Origin: Dehalococcoidia bacterium
GTDB lineage: Bacteria > Chloroflexota > Dehalococcoidia > SZUA-161 > SpSt-899
Direction: 5' to 3'
Length of the DNA stretch: 64,000 bases
Assembly (NCBI GenBank): GCA_041300025.1
Contig: JBGLNL010000001.1
Location: 1,598,005 to 1,662,004, forward strand
Position numbers and translations under genes: made by a program. Every line of letters begins with the position of its first letter. Position 1 is the stretch's first letter. The notes below the pieces were generated by a model. It was not told where the DNA came from. It saw only the letters and a list, made by a program, of their open reading frames with translations, and searched no databases. Positions 35,819-44,572 of the stretch are shown in pieces.

Positions 35819-36055
35819 GCGGTTATCGCGTAGAACCTTGCTCAAAATTTCACAGACTTTTTTGGGAGAATTAGATTTGAGCCGTTGATAATAAAGATGC
35901 TCGTATAAACCAGGACGCTTGTAAAGCTCTCCGTAATCGTGAAAGCGCAACTTAACTTCCTGTTCGTTTTCGTTGAAATAGAAAAAAGACTCGTCCTGAT
36001 TGAGTTTATGCGGCTCTGTGACGGGGAACCTGATGTTGTATTTTTGATGATTCAT
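35819..36055 (-). pseudogene. N-terminal fragment (~78 codons) of a putative SAM-dependent methyltransferase-family protein
   Basis: MNHQKYNIRFPVTEPHKLNQDESFFYFNENEQEVKLRFHDYGELYKRPGLYEHLYYQRLKSNSPKKVCEIL, with GGAGG upstream of ATG 36055. The track ORF continues through the adapter into unrelated sequence. The family call is from memory. Confidence 0.4.
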
Positions 36056-36318
36056 TCTAACCTCCTGTTGAAATTGTCGAAAAGATGCTTGCCCACGGAA
36101 TTGTGACACAACGATATTTTGTGGGCCATTCCTTTTTTTGTCAATTCACCTTTTGCCCGAATTATAGCACAGTTTTTCTGAACAGATAAAAACGTTACCA
36201 CCCTTTTGCCACATCTAAGCTTTATTCTTTATTCCCTGGAAGCTTAAAAAAGCGAAATCGGGGTGTCGTTTGTAATTGACAAATTCAACAGCTAGGGACA
36301 GGTTTCAGAGACCCGCCC

Positions 36319-37500
<1,182 letters not shown>

Positions 37501-38358
37501 TTAAATCCAGAAATTAATACACATAGCCAGGAAGATCACTCCCAGATAGGGGAAGGAAGATATTTTGTAAAGCCGCCACGAGTCCTTCGATTCCATATTT
37601 CGCACCAGCCGTAAGCCGGCCAGTAACATAATATCTCCGGTAACATTGGCGATGGCGAAAAAGAACCAGCCGAAGCCGGCCACATGCCACAGGAGCAGGG
37701 ATACAGCATACAATACGATCGAGAGGAAAAAGAGGAGCTTTATGGAGCGGGGGTTTTGCATCGTAAGGGGGAAAAAGGCGATGTTCGCTTTGATGTACTC
37801 CTCGCGCCGGGCGATCATCACGCTCCAGACATGCAGCGGAATCCAGGCTGCAATTAGCAGGCACATGAACAGGATGGTCCAGTCAATATCCGTTGTAATG
37901 GCCAGATATCCGATCAGGACCGGCGCACATCCGGCGATCATTCCCTGGAAAACGCACATTGCCCGCTTGCGGTAGACCACCGAAGCGATCGTGCCGGCAA
38001 GCCCGGAAACGAAACACAGCGGATGGAGAAACCAGGCAAGGATCAGCGCAATTACCACCAGTCCGATAGCCAGTGGGAGCATTTTTTCCGGGGGGTAGAT
38101 TCGCCGGGTGGGAAGCGCTCTTCCGCAGGTTCGCAGCATCTGCACATCGACATTACGGTCGAGATAGTTTGTAAGTCCGTTGCATCCCGCGCTGCCCAGC
38201 AAAACAGCTACGAACACCCCGGCTAATGGCCAGCCAGCCGGCGAGCCCTCCGCTGCAATGACTGCGGCACAGAGTCCGATGTAAGTCAGCAGCGCAGTCT
38301 CACGAGGTTTGAGAACATCGAAATAATTCCAGAGGGCCCTCATGGCAGTTTCCCGCAT
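37501..38358 (-). CDS. UbiA-family prenyltransferase (heme o synthase-like)
   Basis: 285 aa and about 8-9 TM; N-terminus YFDVLKPRETALL and NYLDRNVD (Asp-rich motif). Confidence 0.7.
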   Translation of the reverse strand: MRETAMRALWNYFDVLKPRETALLTYIGLCAAVIAAEGSPAGWPLAGVFVAVLLGSAGCNGLTNYLDRNVDVQMLRTCGRALPTRRIYPPEKMLPLAIGLVVIALILAWFLHPLCFVSGLAGTIASVVYRKRAMCVFQGMIAGCAPVLIGYLAITTDIDWTILFMCLLIAAWIPLHVWSVMIARREEYIKANIAFFPLTMQNPRSIKLLFFLSIVLYAVSLLLWHVAGFGWFFFAIANVTGDIMLLAGLRLVRNMESKDSWRLYKISSFPYLGVIFLAMCINFWI

Positions 38359-38395
38359 TCAATGATACTCGATGGCAGCGGAAGCTGTCAAAAGA

Positions 38396-38782
38396 CTACG
38401 AATCTTTCTGAGGCGGCTTGAGCTCAGAATCCGGCGGGTTTATGCCGCTGATATACGCATGGATGATATCATGACGGCGCAGGCATCCCAGTATTCTGGA
38501 GGGGTCTTTGCGATCGACTACCGGGATACGCCCGAAGTCCCTGGCTCCTACCCTGAGCAAAGCCTGATGAAGTGTCTGATCGGGATAAGCCACCACGAGT
38601 GATTTGGCCGGAGTGGCGATATCTTTCACGACCAGATTATGAATATCGGCGCCTTCCTTCCGGGTTCCGGTATGGATGTCCGTAAGGGTAACGATCCCCT
38701 GAAGCCGTCCTTCCGTATCTACTACAGGGAAACCAAGGTGCCCTGTTTGTTCCATATGTCTCAATGCTTCGACAACCGGCAT
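38396..38782 (-). CDS. CBS-domain pair; probably the C-terminal fragment of a larger protein
   Basis: GFPVVDTEGRLQGIVTLTDI and GRIPVVDRKDPSRILGCLRRHDII. The frame is open upstream without a start codon, and homology collides with the plus-strand dehydratase fragment. Confidence 0.55.
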   Translation of the reverse strand: MPVVEALRHMEQTGHLGFPVVDTEGRLQGIVTLTDIHTGTRKEGADIHNLVVKDIATPAKSLVVAYPDQTLHQALLRVGARDFGRIPVVDRKDPSRILGCLRRHDIIHAYISGINPPDSELKPPQKDS

Positions 38783-38789
38783 ATCGGGA

Positions 38790-39307
38790 GACGATTCAAC
38801 GATCTGCTTGCCGAGGTTCTGGATGAACTTCGTTTGGCCGAAGGCATCAAAGACTATCGTGCCCGTCTCATTCTCGTAGGCGGCATAGTCGATGACCCCG
38901 AATACATAGATATCATCGAAGATCAGGGTGGCCTGGTAGTGACGGATTCGATTTGTTTCGGCTCCCGGAATTTCTGGGTGGATGTGGACGCAAGCGCTGA
39001 TGATCCGCTGACGGCGCTTGCTCAGTATTATGTGGCGGATCGGCCTTCATGTCCGCGAACGTTTGGCTTGCACGAGAAGCGCACCGATTACATCAGAAAA
39101 ATGATAGGCGAATTTCGGGTTGATGGCATTATCTTCCAGCGCCTGACCTTCTGCGACGTATGGGGATTCGAGCAGTTCCCTCTCACCAATGACTTCAAAG
39201 AATGGAAAACCCCTTACTTAATGATGGACAGGGAGTATAAGCTAAGCGCCGTGGGCCAGTTAAGAACCAGAGTTCAGGCATTCCTGGAAACACTGGGAGG
39301 CATATGA
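38790..39307 (+). pseudogene. 2-hydroxyacyl-CoA dehydratase family subunit, C-terminal ~170 aa only
   Basis: RARLILVGGIVDDPEYIDIIEDQGGLVVTDSICFGSRNFW...DYIRKMIGEFRVDGIIFQRLTFCDVWGFE...GQLRTRVQAFLETL. The N-terminal half is absent and the exact 5' limit is uncertain (38785-38850). Confidence 0.65.
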
Positions 39308-40602
39308 TGGATGCAAAAACCGAAAAGAGCCTGGAGCGAACCCGCGAGGACATCGCCGTTTACACTTCCATAATCGAGATGATGGAACTGGTTCCCGGTG
39401 ATATGAATCACCTCTACATTCCAACCATGAAAAACATGATCAGGCAGGCAAACAGGATTATAGAATGTATCGAGACCGGCGAGCCGTTTGCCGCCAGTTC
39501 CTTCAGCAATCCCACCGAGATTTTCACCGCCATGGATTTGAACTGGTATTTCCCTTTCAAACAGGCATTTGCGGGGGGCGTGCCTAATCCCCACATGATA
39601 GACGACCTTAAAGGACTCGACGTCATGCCGGTGCCATCCGATATTTGCACCCTCGTCCGGCTGGCTCTCTATTATCTGGATCAGGGACTCCTGCCCAAAC
39701 CCACCGTTTATCTCGGTATCGTTGAGCCGTGCGATGGTATCGTGGGCGTGCACGAAGCGATGAGAACGCACCCCGACTGGCGTGATGTTCCCACCTGGGC
39801 GCCCGACACCATCTACTGGGGAGACGAGAGGGCGTTCGAATACATGGGCAATGGGCTCAAGGACATGGTGAGATTTCTGACCGAGCACACCGGAAAGCGA
39901 CTCGATCTGGATCGGCTGCGGGAGGTGGTCGAAGAATCAAACCGGCAATATCTGCTATGGCAGGAACACGCCGAGCTAAAGCGGGCGGTGCCATGTCCGC
40001 ACAGCTACTTAATGGGAATGCAGTGCTTTTACCAGACAAACTTCGAAGGAGGCGGCAGGCCCGAAACCACGAAGTGGTTTGCTGACCTTGTAGCTGATGC
40101 TGAGAAACGGGTAGAGGAGAACAAACCGGAAGTCGGGAACCAGAAAATCAGAATCCTGTGGTTCGATATCCCGCCGGTCTGGTTTGAGGAATTATTCGGA
40201 TGGATGGAACAGGAATGGGGAGCGATCATCGTTATGGATATGGTGAGTTTCTGCCCCTACCAGTTAATAGATACCAAAAACGAGGATACCATTTTCAGGG
40301 GACTGGCCAGGCGGGTTATGATGGATCCCCCGATGGTCAGGCAGGCGCGAGGATATGCCGATAATTTCCTCAATGATCTCACCAGGATCGTGAGGGATTA
40401 CAAAATCGATTGCGTCATCTGGCCCGGACACATCGGGCATAAAGACGGTGCGGCCAGCGCGAGCCTCATGAGGGAACGCTGTCGTCAACTCGACGTTCCC
40501 TTCCTGCATATCGGAATGGACCAGTTCGACAAGCGCTATATGGGCCCGGATGAGGTCAAAGCCAAGATATCCCAGTTCTTCACGGCAATGGGTCTGGGTT
40601 AA
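39304..40602 (+). CDS. 2-hydroxyacyl-CoA dehydratase family protein
   Basis: 432 aa. Its start overlaps the preceding fragment by 4 nt. EPCDGIVGVHEAM and DCVIWPGHIGHKDGAASASLMRERCRQLDVPFLHIGMDQFD are family-typical. Confidence 0.7.
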   Translation: MMDAKTEKSLERTREDIAVYTSIIEMMELVPGDMNHLYIPTMKNMIRQANRIIECIETGEPFAASSFSNPTEIFTAMDLNWYFPFKQAFAGGVPNPHMIDDLKGLDVMPVPSDICTLVRLALYYLDQGLLPKPTVYLGIVEPCDGIVGVHEAMRTHPDWRDVPTWAPDTIYWGDERAFEYMGNGLKDMVRFLTEHTGKRLDLDRLREVVEESNRQYLLWQEHAELKRAVPCPHSYLMGMQCFYQTNFEGGGRPETTKWFADLVADAEKRVEENKPEVGNQKIRILWFDIPPVWFEELFGWMEQEWGAIIVMDMVSFCPYQLIDTKNEDTIFRGLARRVMMDPPMVRQARGYADNFLNDLTRIVRDYKIDCVIWPGHIGHKDGAASASLMRERCRQLDVPFLHIGMDQFDKRYMGPDEVKAKISQFFTAMGLG

Positions 40603-40631
40603 AGAAACAGGCCATGCAAAAGAGGTGAATT

Positions 40632-41603
40632 ATGTGGATGACAAAAATTACTGAAATGCTAGGAATTAAATACCCTATTATTCAGGGTGCTTTCGGTACC
40701 TTCGGCACAGCCGATTTCGCTGTTCCTGTCTCCGAGGCCGGCGGGCTGGGGATGATCACGGCGGGAGGTTTTGGAACCCCGAAAAGATTCCGCGAGGAAC
40801 TCAGAAAGGCCAAATCAATGACGGACAAGCCATTGGCGGTGAATCTTACCATCATGGGCTGCCCCGAAATTGAGAAGATGCGGGATGTAATCATCGAAGA
40901 GGGCGGAATCGTGGCTGTTGAGACAGCGCCGATGCGGGCTGATTTTCTGGGAAAACCGCTTCAGGAACATGGGATCAAATGGATACACAAGGTCGGCAGC
41001 GTCAAGCATGCACTATCAGCCGAGCGTCAGGGAGCCGATGCGGTGGTCATCGTGGGGTTGGAAGGGGCCGGGTTCAAGGCTATGGATCAGGTTACTACGA
41101 TGGTCAACATCCCGTGGGCAGTAAGGCTTCTTAAGGTTCCTATCATCGCTGCCGGTGGTATAGGGGATGGACGCGGACTTATGGCGGCCCTCATGCTGGG
41201 CGCGGAGGCTGTATATATGGGAACGGCATTCATGACCACTCAGGAATGCCCGATTTCAGCCAGATACAAGCAGTTCCTGGTTGATGCCGACCCGACCAAT
41301 CAAACCATCCGCTCCAAGTGTCTGACTCCACCGAACTCGGATGAGCTGGCCAAACTGATGGCCCAAAAGGATAAGTTGCCGGAACACGAATGGCTGTGGA
41401 AGCTGGAACAGGTCATGGTTGGCGGCACGGCCAAAGACCTGCCTCCTGATATGGCGGCAGAGGGACTGGAAGCGGAAGTGCTGCGCTCGGTGCCGGGTTC
41501 ACTGGCGGTCGGGGTCTTAAACGATATCCCGACAATTAAGGAATTCATTGACAGGACGATCAGCGAGGCAGATGAAATTCGGCGGAAATGGGCATTTCTG
41601 TAG
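40632..41603 (+). CDS. NAD(P)H-dependent flavin oxidoreductase (nitronate monooxygenase / FabK-like)
   Basis: LGIKYPIIQGAFGTFGTADFAVPVSEAGGLGMI and IIAAGGIGDGRGLMAALMLGAEAVYMGTAF. Confidence 0.8.
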   Translation: MWMTKITEMLGIKYPIIQGAFGTFGTADFAVPVSEAGGLGMITAGGFGTPKRFREELRKAKSMTDKPLAVNLTIMGCPEIEKMRDVIIEEGGIVAVETAPMRADFLGKPLQEHGIKWIHKVGSVKHALSAERQGADAVVIVGLEGAGFKAMDQVTTMVNIPWAVRLLKVPIIAAGGIGDGRGLMAALMLGAEAVYMGTAFMTTQECPISARYKQFLVDADPTNQTIRSKCLTPPNSDELAKLMAQKDKLPEHEWLWKLEQVMVGGTAKDLPPDMAAEGLEAEVLRSVPGSLAVGVLNDIPTIKEFIDRTISEADEIRRKWAFL

Positions 41604-41627
41604 ATTACACTAAAAGGGGATTGAACA

Positions 41628-41730
41628 ATGGCGGAAACTGCTAAAGGAGCTGTTTATAAGGGGCTGGGACAACCTTTTGAGATTAAGGAGTTCCCCGTCC
41701 CCGATCCCGAACCGGGGGCAATCCTGGTGA
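41628..41730 (+). pseudogene. N-terminal stub (~33 codons) of a zinc-type alcohol dehydrogenase (MDR family)
   Basis: MAETAKGAVYKGLGQPFEIKEFPVPDPEPGAILV, then homology stops where msrA sequence starts in another frame. Confidence 0.5.
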
Positions 41731-42183
41731 TGTTTCTGGGGCATGGAGTATCATTTCTCCAGTGCCCCCGGAGTGATCTCGACACGGGTTGGATATACCG
41801 GCGGGCATACCCGAAATCCAGCATACGAGGAAGTATGCAATCATACCACCGGGCACGTCGAAGCTGTTGAGGTGACCTTCGATCCGGCAAGAACTTCATA
41901 CGAGGAACTGGCCCGGCTTTTCTTCAATATCCACGATCCGACTCAGGTGAACCGGCAGGGCCCGGATATTGGGGAGCAGTACAAGTCGGCTATTTTCTAT
42001 CTGAATGAGGAACAAAAGCGAATCGCCGAATCACTCATCGAGATATTGGAAGGGAAGGGTTACAACGTTGCCACCGAGCTGATTCCGGCTTCCGATTTCT
42101 GGGAGGCTGAGGGATATCATCAGGATTACTACGAAAAGAAGGATGGCCAGCCCTATTGCCATACTTATACAGAAAGGCTTTAG
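41731..42183 (+). CDS. msrA: peptide-methionine (S)-S-oxide reductase, lacking its first ~10 codons and start codon
   Basis: Begins CFWGMEYHFSSAPGVISTRVGYTGGHTRNPAYEEVCNHTTGHVEAVEVTFDP (the active-site GCFWG is cut). An in-frame TGA lies immediately upstream at 41728. Confidence 0.85.
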   Translation, partial: CFWGMEYHFSSAPGVISTRVGYTGGHTRNPAYEEVCNHTTGHVEAVEVTFDPARTSYEELARLFFNIHDPTQVNRQGPDIGEQYKSAIFYLNEEQKRIAESLIEILEGKGYNVATELIPASDFWEAEGYHQDYYEKKDGQPYCHTYTERL

Positions 42184-42212
42184 GATGGCACTTTTCTCAG
42201 TTGAGCATGGCT

Positions 42213-42443
42213 CTAATTGGAGAGAATGCGCCACAGTATCCGGCGGTTCTCCTCGGGCATAGCGGTTAAAACCGGCATCGGGTCCACGATTACATTCAGG
42301 CAGTCTGTGCATAGCCCTTCAAACCAGACATACAATTTGCCGTTAATCATCGAGAGGTTGAGGCCTAGATTCAGGGATTTGCCGCATTTCGGGCAGCACA
42401 TATTTTCTCCATATGTTGTTTTGTCCGCATTATAATTTTCCAT
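42213..42443 (-). CDS. small zinc-ribbon protein, hypothetical
   Basis: 76 aa with CCPKCG ... CTDC. Confidence 0.35.
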   Translation of the reverse strand: MENYNADKTTYGENMCCPKCGKSLNLGLNLSMINGKLYVWFEGLCTDCLNVIVDPMPVLTAMPEENRRILWRILSN

Positions 42444-42625
42444 TCTGCACCTCCCTTATCTTTTTAGCTGTAATCTGCTTACAGGTTAATTATCTCTGCT
42501 TTCTAAAGTAGAGTATGTGACCTGAGTCACGCCTGTTGCGCTTGGGCCAAAATGTAACAGGTTTGTAATATTTTCTGCCGCGGTTTTATGACTAATCTAT
42601 ATCCCGTCAGCTATTGTTGTATATG

Positions 42626-42659
42626 TAAAGGAACCTGAGAATAAGCGGTGACTTCGGGG
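42626..42659 (-). repeat. partial (right-end) copy of the MITE-like element, copy F
   Basis: TAAAGGAACCTGAGAATAAGCGGTGACTTCGGGG versus the reverse complement of the copy A right end TTAGGGAACCTCTGAATAAGTGGTGACTTCGGGGG. Confidence 0.6.
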
Positions 42660-42707
42660 TTCTGATTACAAGATTCCCGACCATTTTTGAGAGGTTACTA
42701 ATTTATT

Positions 42708-43253
42708 ATGCTGAGTGGCAATCGGATTGCGATGCTGGTCGAAGAAGGCTTTGAGGAATCGGAGTTGATCGGCCCCATGCAGGCGCTTAAAGATGCCGGG
42801 GCTAAGGTTATATTGATTGGCAGCGGTTCGCAGGAAAGCTACAATGGTAAGAGAAACACGTTCCTGGTAAAGCCCAATGCGAACGCGGATGAAGTGAGCG
42901 CTACGGATTTCGATGCCATCATTATTCCCGGGGGAAAGGCTCCGGAGAAAATGCGCCTGCATGGGGCTATGATAGATCTGGTCAGGGAAGCTTACGAATC
43001 CGGGGAAATAGTGGCGGCGATATGTCACGGGCCGCAGCTTCTCGTTTCAGCCGGCATTATCAGGGGTAGAAGGGTTACATCATGGCCATCGGTGGCTGCT
43101 GAATTGCGCAATGCCGGGGCTGAATGGGTCGATGAGCCGGTAGTTCAGGATGGAAACATTATTACGGCGCGCAAACCGGCCGATATTCCCAAGTTTAACA
43201 TAGCGATTATTGAAGCATTGAAAAAGCGATACGCAAAAAGCTCCTCTGAATAG
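42708..43253 (+). CDS. DJ-1/PfpI family protein
   Basis: DAIIIPGGKAPEKM and nucleophile elbow VAAICHGPQLL. Confidence 0.85.
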   Translation: MLSGNRIAMLVEEGFEESELIGPMQALKDAGAKVILIGSGSQESYNGKRNTFLVKPNANADEVSATDFDAIIIPGGKAPEKMRLHGAMIDLVREAYESGEIVAAICHGPQLLVSAGIIRGRRVTSWPSVAAELRNAGAEWVDEPVVQDGNIITARKPADIPKFNIAIIEALKKRYAKSSSE

Positions 43254-43321
43254 TGACCTTTATCACAGATTGAAGGTATCATTCGTGATAGAGTCTTCTA
43301 TGAATAACAAGGAGGGGAAAA

Positions 43322-43738
43322 ATGACGAAAGTGAAAGAAATTATTAACAGTGCTGTTGAATCGGTATCACCTTCCGATACAATAGCAGATGTCGCTAAAA
43401 AGATGACGGATTCTTCCCTGCAGGTCTTGCCTGTGTGTAAAGACGGTAGATTTCGTGGTATCATCACTGAAAGTGATATAGTATCGTATCTCGTAGCTAA
43501 GGATTACGATCCCGGCCATGCATGTGCCGAGTCAATAATGACCAACCATATTCCCAAAGTTCCGGCTGGTTCTGATATAATCGATGCCGCCAAAATTATG
43601 GCAAACCATGGAATTTCTTATTTGCCGGTGGTTGGCAACGGGGGAAAATTTGTCGGCTTACTCACCATAGGCGACCTGGCCAGAGAAAGTCTGGCACTGG
43701 CCAGTATAGTTCTTGCCAGCCTTAAGAAGGATATTTGA
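43322..43738 (+). CDS. CBS-domain pair protein
   Basis: 138 aa; LPVCKDGRFRGIITESDI and LPVVGNGGKFVGLLTIGDL. Confidence 0.8.
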   Translation: MTKVKEIINSAVESVSPSDTIADVAKKMTDSSLQVLPVCKDGRFRGIITESDIVSYLVAKDYDPGHACAESIMTNHIPKVPAGSDIIDAAKIMANHGISYLPVVGNGGKFVGLLTIGDLARESLALASIVLASLKKDI

Positions 43739-43981
43739 ATGGTCAAGGCAGAGGAAATCAAAATCTATTTAACATCCACCTGCCCGCACTGCAGGAGAGC
43801 CAGAGGCTTTCTGGTTGAAAATGGGGTCAAATTTGAGGAATTTGATGTACTTGATGATCATAATGCACGTGAAGAGATGATTAAAAAATCGGGGCAGATG
43901 GGTGTGCCAGTGATAATTATAGATGGGCAGGTGACTATCGGGTTCAACCCGGTGGTTTTGAAGGAAAGATTGGGACTTTAA
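43739..43981 (+). CDS. glutaredoxin-like protein (YruB/NrdH-like)
   Basis: 80 aa; CPHC active site, GVPVIIIDGQ. Confidence 0.75.
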   Translation: MVKAEEIKIYLTSTCPHCRRARGFLVENGVKFEEFDVLDDHNAREEMIKKSGQMGVPVIIIDGQVTIGFNPVVLKERLGL

Positions 43982-43996
43982 TTAGAGAGGGTAATA

Positions 43997-44572
43997 ATGA
44001 AAGTGCTCGGAATAGCAGGCAGTCCACGCCGCGGAGGGAATACAGATATCCTGTTAGAACAGGCAATGGAGGGGGCGAAGAGCGCCGGTGCTGATATCCA
44101 GACCATCGTTATTTGCGATCTCAATATTGCCCCATGCCGGCACTGCGATGGATGCCTGAAAACCGGCAGGTGTGTTATTGATGATGATATGCAGTCAGTA
44201 TATCCGAAGCTCAGAGAGGCTGATCGGCTGATTCTTGCTTCCCCGATGTTTTTTATGGGAATCACGGCCCAGGCTAAGGCGATGATCGATCGATGCCAGG
44301 CGCTCTGGGCACTCAAATATGAGCTGAAGCAACCGGTTGCCTTGAATACTGCCGGAGAGCGCAAAGGGCTGTTCATTTCGGTCGGGGGGACTGGTTTTAC
44401 CAGTCAGTTCGAAGCCTCGCGGCCGGTTATCAAAAGCTGGCTTACGACTATAGATGCGTTTCTGGTTGACGAATTGCATTATTCAAAGGTTGATGAAAAA
44501 GGGGCGATCAGGCATCATGCTACAGCCCTGCAGGATGCCTTTGAAGCGGGGAAAAGGCTTGTTGAAGATTAG
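43997..44572 (+). CDS. NADPH-dependent FMN reductase / iron-sulfur flavoprotein family
   Basis: MKVLGIAGSPRRGGNTD, Cys cluster CRHCDGCLKTGRC, ASPMFFMGITAQAK. Confidence 0.75.
   Translation: MKVLGIAGSPRRGGNTDILLEQAMEGAKSAGADIQTIVICDLNIAPCRHCDGCLKTGRCVIDDDMQSVYPKLREADRLILASPMFFMGITAQAKAMIDRCQALWALKYELKQPVALNTAGERKGLFISVGGTGFTSQFEASRPVIKSWLTTIDAFLVDELHYSKVDEKGAIRHHATALQDAFEAGKRLVED

Noticed and set aside
42517-42530. GTGAC-CTGA-GTCAC palindrome and the two similar ...acaggtt... motifs upstream of the DJ-1/PfpI gene as an operator
   Set aside because: The arms are only 5 bp, there is no adjacent regulator gene, and the region also contains a repeat half-copy and may be a join. The support is too weak.
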